DNA of 64,000 bases from an uncultured cyanobacterium (GTDB taxonomy: Bacteria; Cyanobacteriota; Cyanobacteriia; Cyanobacteriales; CAWCAG01). The stretch spans positions 160,001-224,000 of the forward strand of contig CAWDOD010000004.1 of assembly GCA_963803805.1 (NCBI GenBank). The letters are read 5' to 3'. Below, in pieces: positions 49,634-60,239 of the stretch. How positions within the stretch are numbered: the stretch's first letter is position 1; each line of letters begins with the position of its first letter. The position numbers and the translations under genes were made by a program. The notes below the pieces were generated by a model, which saw nothing but the letters and a program-made list of their open reading frames with translations, did no database searches and was not told the DNA's origin.

Positions 49634-49858
49634 TTAATCGCTTATCTCAAAAGATTCAATTTCTAAAACTGGCCCAATCATTGCTGCACTCATCATATCT
49701 TCGCGTACTTTACCTTTGACTTTTACTTGAATCTGGGGTTTGCGTAATTCGTCTGGGGTATCCTTAAGTTCGTAAGTTTGCCCTTCCTCTGTTATTAAAG
49801 CCCAAGTGCCAAAGCCAAAACCTTTTTGTTCAATTTTACCGACAACATTAATACTCAT
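49634..49858 (-). CDS. Small conserved beta-rich protein (DUF5818-like)
   Basis: G.IE.KGFG.GTWAL..G.TYEL and GKVREDMMS.AMIGPVLE. Confidence 0.75.
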   Translation of the reverse strand: MSINVVGKIEQKGFGFGTWALITEEGQTYELKDTPDELRKPQIQVKVKGKVREDMMSAAMIGPVLEIESFEISD

Positions 49859-50001
49859 GTTTTATCATTTATCATTAAACATTGATTATTGATACCAAAT
49901 CAGAGTTTGGGTTCCATAGAGCGTTTTTTAGGCTAGGGATCAAGGGAAAAAGTAATAAGCAATAATAATACTATTACCTATTACCCATTACCCATTACTT
50001 G

Positions 50002-51774
50002 TCAAGCAACCTGCTTTTCCCCTTTAGTTGCAAAATAAGCTAAAACCAAGCACAGAAAGGCATTAACTCCTAAGAAACCACTGGCCATTAATCCTGTACC
50101 TAAACCCCAAATCTCCGGATCTATCACCGCATTAACTAGTAAGCAAGAAGCTACACCAATGGTAGAACCAACAGCAAACCATTTCCACTCAGAAGTGCTT
50201 AATAATAAGGCAACTAAGAGGAAAGGAATTAAAACACTAGCAAAGAGGGGATTTAAGCTTGTGCTGCCGGTAATCGCATTACCTAGTTCAGGAATAGAAC
50301 TACCTGCTACTCTTAAAGGCCATTGTGGCAAGTCGTAAATATACAAACCCCGTAGGAAAAATAGTCCTGAACTACCGAAAATCATGCCTCCGGTGAAGAA
50401 AAGGTTGCCGAAAGGCAAATAATTACGTAGTAGGAAAGCTAAAAGATAGGAACCTAAAACCATAATTAATTTTGGTGGCAGGGCGACAACACCACCATCA
50501 AACCAGAAGCGGAGGTTAAGATAACCGTTATCCCGTAGCCAACGGAAGAAGTCTTTAAAGGTAATTTGTCCTTTCAGTGCCAGTTTAACTGCTGCTGCGG
50601 CATCTAATTGTCCTGCACCAAAATGATTTAAGGGGTCTTCTTCTACTTTCCTGACAGACTCTAACAGCACTTGGCGTACCTGTTCGGGTTCTTTGATACC
50701 AGAAGCTTTAACTAATGCTGCTACTCCTGCAACATGAGGTGCAGCCATGCTTGTACCTTGGAAGCCTGCAAATACAGCCTGTCCATCAGTAGGATTAACT
50801 GTTTCTTGGATAATTTTACCTTTATCACTGCCCCCAGGAGCGGAAATATCAACCCCTGCACCGTAGTTAGAATAGGGGGCTTTCACCCCCACAGAATCAA
50901 CGGCAGAGACGCTAATTACTTTGGGATAACGGGCGGGATAGGAAGAAGCATTTTGACCAGCGTTACCGGCAGCAGCGACGATTACAACATCTTTGCTATA
51001 GGCATAATCAATGGCTTCTTCTAAGACATGACTCGCACCGCCACCACCCAAACTCATATTAATGACATCTGCATCGTTATCAGCAGCGAAACGAATAGCT
51101 TCTGCGATATCAGCAATAGTACCACCACCTTGTGCCGCTAGTACTTTCAAGGGCATAATACTAGCTTCATAGGCAATGCCCACAACACCATAATTATTAT
51201 TAGTAGATTGGGCGATAGTTCCGGCAACATGGGTTCCATGACCATTATCATCCTTCGCATCTACTTTGTCATTGACAAAATCATAACCAGCCACAAACTT
51301 AGTTTGCTCTAAATCCTCAACCTGGCTGACTCCTGTATCAATAATCGCGACAGTAATGCCAGCCCCTTTGGTTTCTTCCCAAGCTTGTTCGACGTTGATG
51401 CTACGCATATTCCACTGTTCCCCGTATTTCGGGTCATTAGGGGCAGCGAAGGCATTGATGCCATAAATATAGTTAGGTTCAATATATTCTGTATCTTTAC
51501 TTAACTCAGACTTTTTCAAGGCTTTGAGAACCTTTTTGTCTCCTTCGATAACATAGAGATTATCGGCAACAGAAAATTCACTATTAAGCCTGGGGGAAAC
51601 TTGATATTGTTGAGCAATTTTCTCTAATTCCCCTTCAATTTCCGTTTGAGAAATATCCTCACGAAAATCTAAGACAATGGAATCATAGTTCCCTTTAGCG
51701 GCTAAACCTTTAAAGTTAAATAGAGCAAATCCTAGCCCTATGACAAATAGACTAATTAATAAAAGCTTTCTCAT
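50002..51774 (-). CDS. S8 subtilisin-family peptidase with C-terminal multi-TM domain
   Basis: Catalytic triad IDTG, HGTHVAG, GTSMAAPHVAG; hydrophobic C-terminus. Confidence 0.93.
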   Translation of the reverse strand: MRKLLLISLFVIGLGFALFNFKGLAAKGNYDSIVLDFREDISQTEIEGELEKIAQQYQVSPRLNSEFSVADNLYVIEGDKKVLKALKKSELSKDTEYIEPNYIYGINAFAAPNDPKYGEQWNMRSINVEQAWEETKGAGITVAIIDTGVSQVEDLEQTKFVAGYDFVNDKVDAKDDNGHGTHVAGTIAQSTNNNYGVVGIAYEASIMPLKVLAAQGGGTIADIAEAIRFAADNDADVINMSLGGGGASHVLEEAIDYAYSKDVVIVAAAGNAGQNASSYPARYPKVISVSAVDSVGVKAPYSNYGAGVDISAPGGSDKGKIIQETVNPTDGQAVFAGFQGTSMAAPHVAGVAALVKASGIKEPEQVRQVLLESVRKVEEDPLNHFGAGQLDAAAAVKLALKGQITFKDFFRWLRDNGYLNLRFWFDGGVVALPPKLIMVLGSYLLAFLLRNYLPFGNLFFTGGMIFGSSGLFFLRGLYIYDLPQWPLRVAGSSIPELGNAITGSTSLNPLFASVLIPFLLVALLLSTSEWKWFAVGSTIGVASCLLVNAVIDPEIWGLGTGLMASGFLGVNAFLCLVLAYFATKGEKQVA

Positions 51775-51933
51775 TACAACTTTTCCCACGGAAAGCGCCA
51801 GTTATGCTTACTACGATAACTCATGGTTAAAAGAGTTGCTTAATATTCAAAAATTAAAACTTTATCAGTGAGGCTAACATCTGTTTGAGGAAGTTGAGAA
51901 ACCCACTCACTAGAAATCTTAGATTAGACCTAG

Positions 51934-52935
51934 TTAAAACTGCTTTAAAAAGCGCAAATCGCTACTATATAAACGGCGAATATCATCAATTTGGTGTAGT
52001 ACTAAAGCAAACCTTTCCGCCCCAAAACCTGCTGCAAAGCCTGTATATACTTCTGGATCGTAACCCACTGCTTTCAGGACATTGGGGTCAACCATACCGC
52101 AACCCATCACCTCTAACCACTTACCCCGCCACTTAATATCAACCTCGGCCGAAGGTTCAGTGAAAGGGAAATAGCTGGCACGGAAAATAACTTCTAGGTT
52201 GGAACCAAACATTTGTTTTAAAAATTCTTTAATTGTCCCCTTTAAATCAGTAAAGGTTAGCCCCTTATCAATGGCTAACAATTCTATTTGGTGAAACACC
52301 GCAGAATGGGTGGAATCCACTGTATCTCGACGATAAACCCTCCCAGGGGCAATAATACGGATAGGGGGTTCGTGGGTTTCCATATAGCGAATTTGTACAG
52401 AAGAAGTATGGGTGCGCAGAAGATTACCATCGGGGAGATAGAAAGTATCCTGCATATCCCTAGCTGGGTGATCTAGAGGAGTATTGAGGGCTTCAAAGTT
52501 GTAGTAATCTGTTTCCATTTCTGGCCCTTCAGAAACGGTGTAACCTAAACCAACGAAAACATCCACTGCCTTTTCAATAGTGGCAGTGAGGGGATGGGTT
52601 TTACCTAAAGGGCGACTAACCCCAGGCATGGTGACATCAATAGTTTCTGACTTTAATTGGGCCGCGATTTGAGCAGATTCTAAACCATCGCGACAACTTG
52701 CCAAACTTCCTTGTAAGGCTTCTTTTACTTCATTTGCTAAAGCACCAATAACAGGTCTTTCCTGGGGTGATAATTTACCCATACCCCGCAAAATCTGCGA
52801 TAATTGCCCTTTTTTTCCTAAATAGTTAACCCGCAACTGTTCCAATTGTTTCAGGGTTTCTGATGCGGCGATCGCCGTTGTTGCTTCTTGTTGTAGTGCG
52901 TGTAGTTTCGTAGAAAGTTCTTCGGAGGAGGTCAT
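51934..52935 (-). CDS. pheS: Phenylalanine-tRNA ligase alpha subunit
   Basis: [31 protein letters not shown]. Confidence 0.97.
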   Translation of the reverse strand: MTSSEELSTKLHALQQEATTAIAASETLKQLEQLRVNYLGKKGQLSQILRGMGKLSPQERPVIGALANEVKEALQGSLASCRDGLESAQIAAQLKSETIDVTMPGVSRPLGKTHPLTATIEKAVDVFVGLGYTVSEGPEMETDYYNFEALNTPLDHPARDMQDTFYLPDGNLLRTHTSSVQIRYMETHEPPIRIIAPGRVYRRDTVDSTHSAVFHQIELLAIDKGLTFTDLKGTIKEFLKQMFGSNLEVIFRASYFPFTEPSAEVDIKWRGKWLEVMGCGMVDPNVLKAVGYDPEVYTGFAAGFGAERFALVLHQIDDIRRLYSSDLRFLKQF

Positions 52936-52964
52936 ATCAGTTATCAGTTATCAGTTATCAATGA
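52934..52964 (+). repeat. Heptamer STRR (ATCAGTT)n
   Basis: ATCAGTT x3 plus a degenerate copy directly upstream of pheS. Confidence 0.75.
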
Positions 52965-52995
52965 TGCCTAGCGACAACGGCAAGCCGAACAATGA

Positions 52996-53880
52996 TCATT
53001 CAAGCCAAAAATAATCGGCAATTACCTTTTCATTTTCTGGGATTATCTCTTCTTCTGTAAGTTCTAATAATACCGAAATTTGGGTAAAGGAATCTTGCTC
53101 AATTCTTCTGGCAACACGTTGGGGTATACCGTAGCCGTAGATAATATGACCTTGACCTGCTAAAACAACAATTTGTTGGTTTGGGTTGATCTTATAAAAC
53201 TCAGCAATAGTTTGAGCCATAGTTTCATCCCAAACTACTTGTGCAGCGAAAAAATTCTCAAAACTGGCGCTATTACCATGGCTTTGATGGGAGTGCTTTT
53301 GAAAGATTTCTTGCAACATCTGTCGATATTGCTCATTATCAATGCGAATTTCAGCAAGAGGGGGAAGATAAGTTCTTTCTTCTGCCGTAAGATTTGCTAA
53401 TCCCTGGCGGGCTACTTTCCTGGTTACTTCTGTGGGGGCATTGAGGGCTAAAACCGGTAAATTATGCTCCTTAGCAAAGCGGAGAATTGGGGCATAATAT
53501 TCCCAAGGAAAACCCCAACGCTGTTCATATTCGCTGCGTTCAACTAACTCCTTTTCCGTGATTTCGCCTGCCAAATATTGGTCAATAGCCCCTTGGAAAG
53601 GACGTTGGAACATTTCCATAGCAATGACAATTTGGCCATTTTTTTGATACAGGGCTTGAATAATTTCTAATTGGGCTTGATGATCCTCAAGACTGTCATG
53701 ATTTTCTCCCAAGTAAACCACATTAGCTTGTTCTAATTCTGCTAATATTCTTTCTTGATGAGGCCGTTGTTCTTCAGAATTAATGGGAGTAGAAACTTCA
53801 GAAGCACAAGCAGGACTAGTACACAAAAATAGAAATCCTAATGACCAGCTAAATATTTTACTAACTTTCTGCTTGTTCAT
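52996..53880 (-). CDS. ChaN-family (haem-uptake/Tiki superfamily) exported protein
   Basis: YLGENHD..DH..Q, AMEMF, AQVVWDETMA, AGQGH..YGYGIP. Confidence 0.88.
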   Translation of the reverse strand: MNKQKVSKIFSWSLGFLFLCTSPACASEVSTPINSEEQRPHQERILAELEQANVVYLGENHDSLEDHQAQLEIIQALYQKNGQIVIAMEMFQRPFQGAIDQYLAGEITEKELVERSEYEQRWGFPWEYYAPILRFAKEHNLPVLALNAPTEVTRKVARQGLANLTAEERTYLPPLAEIRIDNEQYRQMLQEIFQKHSHQSHGNSASFENFFAAQVVWDETMAQTIAEFYKINPNQQIVVLAGQGHIIYGYGIPQRVARRIEQDSFTQISVLLELTEEEIIPENEKVIADYFWLE

Positions 53881-53909
53881 TTTGTCTAAAAAATTATCAA
53901 TTAATTTAA

Positions 53910-54677
53910 CTACTTCCCAATCAACTTAACCAAACCAATACCACCAAAATAAAGACTCAAAACAGCGCCCCCAAGGAGGGATTGAGTAACAGGATCTGTT
54001 GAGGGGGTTAATACGGCTCCCATAATTAAAGCTCCTAAGATCACATAACGCCAACCAGCAATCATTCTCTTAGAAGAGACAATACCCAATAAACCTAAGA
54101 GTAGTTGTACGATAGGAATTTGAAAAGCTAAACCAGTACTAAATAATAAAAGTAAAACAAATTCAAAGTAGCGATCAATTGACCATTGTTGTTCTACTAC
54201 ATCCGCACCATAACTAATAAAAAAGTTCAGTGCTGCTGGAATTAAAGCGATATAAGCAAAGATTAAACCTAGGAAAAAGAGGACACTAGAACCTAAAACA
54301 ACTGGTCCAATTAAACGTCTTTCCCGCCTGGTTAAGCCTGGTAAAATAAATTGAATCAGTTGGTAGAGAATCCAAGGACTAGAAATAACTATACCGCTAT
54401 AACCAGCTACTTTAATGGAAACAAAGAAGAATTCTCCTGGGGCTAATTGAAGAAATTTAACTCCATCCGCCGGTAATTCTAATAGCTGAACAATCGGTCG
54501 CACAGCTAAAAAACAACCAACTATTCCTACCACAGTACCGATTAAAGCATAGAAAATGCGTTGCCGTAATTCTTCGAGATGATCGAATAGGGACATCTCT
54601 ACCTCATCTGGCAATTCATTGAGATAGTTGTCTTGATTATTTGATGCAGGCTTTTCTAATTCTGGGGTTGAAGTCAT
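53910..54677 (-). CDS. tatC: Twin-arginine translocase subunit TatC
   Basis: EMSLFDHLEELRQR, APGEFF, PGLTRRE, FQIP, TPSTDP. Confidence 0.97.
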   Translation of the reverse strand: MTSTPELEKPASNNQDNYLNELPDEVEMSLFDHLEELRQRIFYALIGTVVGIVGCFLAVRPIVQLLELPADGVKFLQLAPGEFFFVSIKVAGYSGIVISSPWILYQLIQFILPGLTRRERRLIGPVVLGSSVLFFLGLIFAYIALIPAALNFFISYGADVVEQQWSIDRYFEFVLLLLFSTGLAFQIPIVQLLLGLLGIVSSKRMIAGWRYVILGALIMGAVLTPSTDPVTQSLLGGAVLSLYFGGIGLVKLIGK

Positions 54678-55073
54678 TGCTTAAATTTAGATTCGGCATT
54701 CTCTCAACTATTCTATCGACAATCGCGGTTGTAATAGTTAAAAGGCTATTTGTATTAAACTACACCTATAATACAAGACTTGGGCAGAAGAAGAAAAAAC
54801 AAGTCGTCGACGAGCGATGCACGAGGGAGTATTTGAACCAGGATGCAAGCATCAGCAGCTAATGGAGCATCATAGAAAAGTAATAGCTCCAGCCCCGGCA
54901 TATCTTATGGAACAACCAATGGCAAAGAGAGGTATTAGTTTGGCTCAAAACTACAAGCCAACCATTGGGCAACGACTCTATACTCTCACCCGCGAGGCTT
55001 TGCACAATTTACTTGTTCTGTGTCAAAGCCTCCTTAAACAAGGAAAATCGCTTGTTGATTTCTAGCTTCACTG

Positions 55074-55147
55074 CTTTTTCTCCGTGCAACCTTCCAAGTC
55101 GTGTTCAATAAACTTACTTCTTAGTGCGCTCTAGATACAGAGAAAAG
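55074..55147 (-). ncRNA. Candidate structured RNA element (unassigned)
   Basis: On the - strand TTTTCTCTGT pairs with ACGGAGAAAA, enclosing AAGAAGTAAG...GGAAGGTTGC. Confidence 0.25.
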
Positions 55148-55167
55148 ATAATTCAAGAGATTGGGCT

Positions 55168-55800
55168 TTATTCTTCTTCTGAGGAATCTTGGGGAATTGC
55201 TGTAGTATTTTCTACTGCTTCTGGTAAAGCAAAAGCAGAAGTTTTTGCTAACAACTTAACCGCAATTATTGCAGTAATAGTAGATAGGGTTGTTGCTAAA
55301 ATTGCCGGGAGGAAAATATTACTTGCTTGGGTTCCCATTAAAGCAATTACTGTTGCTGGCAAAATCAGTTGTACACTGGAAGTATTAATTGCCAAAAAAG
55401 TACACATAGCATTGGTGGCAGTGTCCTTATCTGGGTTAAGTTCCTGCAACTCCTGCATTGCCTTCAATCCCAAAGGTGTAGCTGCATTGCCCAACCCCAA
55501 CATATTAGCAGACATATTCAAAACAATGGAACCAATGGCAGGATGATTTGGGGGAACATCGGGGAAAAGCCAAACAGTTACCGGACGTACTACCTTAGCA
55601 ATCAAATCTACTAAACCTGATGCCTCAGCAATTTTCATAATCCCTAACCACAGGGCCATGATACCTATTAAGCCGATAGAAAGCTCTACAGCAGCTTCGG
55701 CACTAGTTATGGCTGCTTCGGTTACTGCCTCTATTTCTCCGGTAATAGCGCCAAATACTACGGCAATGAGCATCAATCCTAACCAAACATAGTTAAGCAT
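55168..55800 (-). CDS. spmA: SpmA-like nucleoside-recognition (gate) membrane protein
   Basis: LWLGIMKIAE.SGL, LFPDVP, ANMLGLGNAATPLGLKAM, NTSSVQL. Confidence 0.85.
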   Translation of the reverse strand: MLNYVWLGLMLIAVVFGAITGEIEAVTEAAITSAEAAVELSIGLIGIMALWLGIMKIAEASGLVDLIAKVVRPVTVWLFPDVPPNHPAIGSIVLNMSANMLGLGNAATPLGLKAMQELQELNPDKDTATNAMCTFLAINTSSVQLILPATVIALMGTQASNIFLPAILATTLSTITAIIAVKLLAKTSAFALPEAVENTTAIPQDSSEEE

Positions 55801-55823
55801 TTAAAATTTCTCACAAGCTTTGC

Positions 55824-57412
55824 TTAAAGAGGGCGATAAACCCGATAATTAATCTCAGGGAAGATGTTATCTATCTTCTCCACCTTCTCTAGCCAACCGG
55901 AATCAATCTTCCCAATATTGATATCTTCATAAAGCTTGTTAAAACGCATGAGGTGCGATCGCGTGCGACGAATAGCATAGGGAACCATGGTTCCAGTACG
56001 CATAATAAAGGCCCAATCAGAAGATTGTGCTAATAATAACTCCCGTGCTGCTTGATTTAATGCCTTCCACTCCAACTCATCAGTCGGTTCACCCTTACCT
56101 AACTCAATCATCCTTTCTGCTGCTTTGTGGAGATGGGGATAGATCCAAGCGTTAGTTTCATTTAACCAATACTCATGGAAACCTTTATAGCCCCAACTAG
56201 ATTGGGAAGGCTTGCAAACCTGTTGGGTTTTTTCTTGGCGTAAATAATCTGCTAAGTGGGTCATGTCATAGGTTTGTTGATCATACCAAGACTTGCGGAA
56301 AACGTAATCCAAAAACCAAGGCCCTTCGTACCACCAATGACCGTATAATTCTGCATCATAGGGAGAAACCACCAAAGGTGGGCGCTGCATAATACCAGCT
56401 AAATTGCCAATTTGTTGCTCTCGATTAAAGACAAAATTGCCAGCGTGTTCAGCAGCTTTTTCCTTAGCCCAGTAAGGATCATAAAGCTGCTTATCAGATA
56501 AGCCGGCCCCCGACTAGTAATTTTATGATATTTGATACCGGTATTTTTCCTTTGACCATTGGGCATTATGTAGGGCTTAATATATTCATATTCAGCTTCC
56601 CAACCTAAATCTTTATAAAATTCCCGATATTCAGGAGAACCAGGATAACCCACCTCAGAAGACCAAACTTGTTGGGATGATTCATGATCTCGCCCAAAAG
56701 CGGCTACCCCTGTTTCTGTAAAAATAGGTGCATAAGTACCAAAACGAGGACGGGGGCGGGCATATAAAATCCCATGACCATCTGTTAAGAAATAGCGTAA
56801 ACCAGCATCAGCCAGCATTCGCTCTAATCCTTCAAAATAGGCACATTCCGGCAACCAAATTCCTTTAGGGCGGCGACCAAAATTTTCCTCATAATGCTGA
56901 CAAGCGACTTCAATTTGCGCCCATACCGCCTGGGGGTACATTTTCATTAAGGGCAGGTAGCCATGGGTTGCCCCACAAGTAATAATTTCTAAGTTATTGC
57001 TATCAAGAAATTGTTTAAATGCCTTAACTAAATCTCGGTCGTAGCGTTCCCAGGTTTGGCGAATACCATTAAATTCTTCAGCATAATGCTCAGCCAAATA
57101 CTTAATATGACCGTTATGCTTATTGTGGTCAATCTCTTTTTCGACTAATTCTTCTAACTTGGCTAAATGCTCATCGTAGCGGTCTTGTAACAAAGGATCG
57201 CGGAGCATTGACACCAATGGAGGTGTCATACTCATGGTCATTTTAAAATCTATTCCATCCCTTTTCAAGCCTTCAAACATATGAAGTAGGGGAACGTAGG
57301 TTTCTGTAATTGCTTCAAACAACCATTCCTCTTCTAGGACATAATCACTTTCTGGATGTCGTACAAAAGGTAAGTGAGCGTGAAGTACAAGGGCAAAGTA
57401 GCCAAGAGCCAT
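55824..57412 (-). CDS. GH57 1,4-alpha-glucan branching enzyme (DUF1957), frameshifted at the C-run 56507-56511
   Basis: HAHLPFV, WLPECAY, YDAELYGHWWYEG, AQSSDW; one more G restores RGAGLSDKQLYDPYWA. Confidence 0.9.
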
Positions 57413-57629
57413 AATCTTTCGTGGATTTGAGATGATAGGTGAAGCCTATGCTTTAGACTATTTTAAGATTTTACGATCAAAAGGACAGTATTCAAGAAAA
57501 AACTCGTATATGCACGCATTGAACGCTAAGATAATAAAATAAAGATTAAACTTAATAAAATAAGTTAACTTGGCAAATATAAAGAAGCCAACTTAACAGT
57601 CGTGATCCCAATATTGCTGTTTTTACCTA

Positions 57630-58826
57630 GTGCTAGAATCCAATGGCCATCAAGCAAACTTTGTAGATAATGTTTCTTCGCTGGCCTTACTTCGGTTAGT
57701 CCTGTTTATTGATGAACGCCCCACTTCCCAAGAATATATTCAGCGAATCCAAAGCTATCTCGAAAGTTTAAGGAGCGAGTATAACTTTGAAGTTCAAATT
57801 GTGGACGTGGGAGACAAGCCTTACTTAGCAGAGCATTTTCGCTTAATAGCAACTCCTGCTCTTGTCAAAATTCATCCTTCACCAAGACAAACTTTAGCAG
57901 GCAGCAATTTAATTACTCAGCTCAAAAAATGTTGGCCTGCCTGGAAAGAAAGTGTTGAGTCCCAACAAACCAAGCTGAATCAAGATGTTTCGGTTACTAA
58001 TAGTTCTATCAGCTACTCATCACAAGTAATTAAGCTTTCTGATGAAATTTTTCGTCTAAAAAAAGAAAACGAAAGCTTATTAGAGCAATCAAACTTCAAA
58101 GATCAACTCTTAGCAATGTTAGCCCACGATATCCGTAGTCCTCTTACCGCAGCTTCTATTGCCGTAGAAACTTTAGAAATGGCTCAAAACCGGGGTCAAC
58201 AACTTTCCGAAAGCCTCAAAGAGCAGTTGTACAAACACGCCAAAAACCAATTTCGCCTCATGGAGCGAATGATTGCTGATATTTTACAGAACTCTAAGGA
58301 CAAAAGTACAGAATTACAGATCAAACCTCAAAAACTTCATATGCAGTCTATTTGCAAAGATATTCTTATTCAGTTTGAGGAGAAATTTTTTGCTAAATCT
58401 TTCCAAATAGAAAAGGATTTACCCCAATATTTACCAGAAGTTTATGGAGATAGGGAGTTACTTAGCCAAGTCATAACCAATCTTTTAGAAAATGCCGTTA
58501 AATATACTCCAGAAGGGGGAAAAATTAGCATATCTATCTTACATCGCACTTCCCAGAAGATCCAAATTAGCATTTGTGATACAGGTCCTGGTGTACCAGA
58601 AGAAAAACGCGATCGCATCTTTGAAGGACATTACCGCTTGAAAAGAGATAGGAGCAAAGAAGGCTATGGTATTGGGCTTTCTCTCTGTTCTAAGGTAATC
58701 CGCGCCCACTATGGCCAAATCTGGGTAGATAGCGTTCTTCATGAAGGTAGTTGTTTTAACTTCACTTTGCCAGTTTATCAAACAGGATCAGGAGGAATTT
58801 TTAGATTAGAACCAAATCATCAATAA
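57630..58826 (+). CDS. sasA: Adaptive-response sensory kinase SasA (KaiB-like domain plus histidine kinase)
   Basis: KaiB-like PYLAEHFRLIATPALVKI.P.PRQTLAG; H-box AHDIRSPLT; HRTSQK; GYGIGL. Confidence 0.93.
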   Translation: MLESNGHQANFVDNVSSLALLRLVLFIDERPTSQEYIQRIQSYLESLRSEYNFEVQIVDVGDKPYLAEHFRLIATPALVKIHPSPRQTLAGSNLITQLKKCWPAWKESVESQQTKLNQDVSVTNSSISYSSQVIKLSDEIFRLKKENESLLEQSNFKDQLLAMLAHDIRSPLTAASIAVETLEMAQNRGQQLSESLKEQLYKHAKNQFRLMERMIADILQNSKDKSTELQIKPQKLHMQSICKDILIQFEEKFFAKSFQIEKDLPQYLPEVYGDRELLSQVITNLLENAVKYTPEGGKISISILHRTSQKIQISICDTGPGVPEEKRDRIFEGHYRLKRDRSKEGYGIGLSLCSKVIRAHYGQIWVDSVLHEGSCFNFTLPVYQTGSGGIFRLEPNHQ

Positions 58827-59180
58827 CAATATTTATGAGAAACGATGTGTCAATTTGTAAAAATTTAGATAATAATTGTTCTAGTAGCGCTTTAGTTTTG
58901 AGTTTGTAAGGGCTAATTTCCTTGGAGTTAGCATAACAGCGACCCAAAACTTGTGTTACTTTAAGAAACGTTAATAACTAAACCTGAAGGCAGAGCCTTC
59001 TTGTGACAAGGGTAAATAAATTCCCCCTTGAGATATAGCCTATTCAGTAAATGTTGAGGATAGGAATCCCATAAATCTCATTTGTTCCTTGAATAATGAG
59101 AAAATCAACTTAGAGCGCAAAAGCGTCCAAGATTTAGAAATCTTGCAATTTATTTCATTTAAGCAAGAGGTTTTGAAACT

Positions 59181-60239
59181 ATGACAATAGCAGTGGGACG
59201 CGCAACAGAACAGAGAGGATGGTTTGACATCCTCGATGACTGGTTAAAGCGCGACCGATTCGTATTCGTAGGCTGGTCAGGAATACTCTTATTTCCCTGT
59301 GCCTACCTAGCATTAGGAGGATGGTTAACAGGAACCACCTTCGTCACCTCATGGTACACTCACGGTCTAGCCAGTTCCTACCTAGAAGGCTGTAACTTCC
59401 TAACCGTAGCCGTATCAACCCCAGCAGACACCATGGGACACTCCCTACTCTTCTTGTGGGGACCAGAGGCTCAGTGGAACTTCACCCGCTGGTGTCAACT
59501 AGGAGGATTATGGTCATTTGTAGCTTTCCATGGTGCATTTGGCTTAATCGGCTTCATGTTACGGCAGTTTGAAATTGCCCGCCTAGTGGGAATCCGTCCT
59601 TATAATGCCCTAGCCTTTAGTGGACCTATCGCTGTCTTCGTCAGTGTCTTTTTAATGTATCCCTTGGGACAATCAAGCTGGTTTTTTGCCCCTAGTTTTG
59701 GAGTAGCAGGAATCTTCCGCTTTATCTTGTTCTTCCAAGGATTCCACAACTGGACATTGAACCCGTTTCATATGATGGGAGTAGCAGGAATATTGGGTGG
59801 AGCCTTACTTTGTGCCATTCATGGAGCTACAGTAGAAAACACTCTGTTTGAAGATGGAGAAGCCTCAAACACCTTTAGAGCGTTCAACCCAACCCAAGCA
59901 GAAGAAACCTACAGTATGGTGACAGCAAACCGTTTCTGGTCACAGATATTCGGAATTGCCTTTTCCAACAAGCGTTGGTTACACTTTTTCATGCTGTTTG
60001 TCCCCGTAACCGGATTATGGATGAGTGCGGTGGGAGTAGTAGGTTTAGCAGTGAACCTGCGGGCCTATGACTTTGTATCCCAGGAGATACGTGCAGCAGA
60101 AGATCCAGAGTTTGAAACGTTCTACACGAAGAACATTTTATTAAATGAAGGTCTTAGAGCGTGGTTAGCGCCTCAAGACCAACCCCATAAACAATTTGAG
60201 TTCCCAGAGGAGGTACTACCACGTGGTAACGCTCTCTAG
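59181..60239 (+). CDS. psbD: Photosystem II D2 protein
   Basis: [42 protein letters not shown]. Confidence 0.99.
   Translation: MTIAVGRATEQRGWFDILDDWLKRDRFVFVGWSGILLFPCAYLALGGWLTGTTFVTSWYTHGLASSYLEGCNFLTVAVSTPADTMGHSLLFLWGPEAQWNFTRWCQLGGLWSFVAFHGAFGLIGFMLRQFEIARLVGIRPYNALAFSGPIAVFVSVFLMYPLGQSSWFFAPSFGVAGIFRFILFFQGFHNWTLNPFHMMGVAGILGGALLCAIHGATVENTLFEDGEASNTFRAFNPTQAEETYSMVTANRFWSQIFGIAFSNKRWLHFFMLFVPVTGLWMSAVGVVGLAVNLRAYDFVSQEIRAAEDPEFETFYTKNILLNEGLRAWLAPQDQPHKQFEFPEEVLPRGNAL

Noticed and set aside
18929..52964. CRISPR array among the short repeats
   Set aside because: All tandem repeats are 7-8-nt STRR units without unique spacers, and there are no cas genes
19420..56515. Programmed ribosomal frameshifting at the split genes
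   Set aside because: No shared slippery motif or stimulatory structure seen, and these families are normally single ORFs
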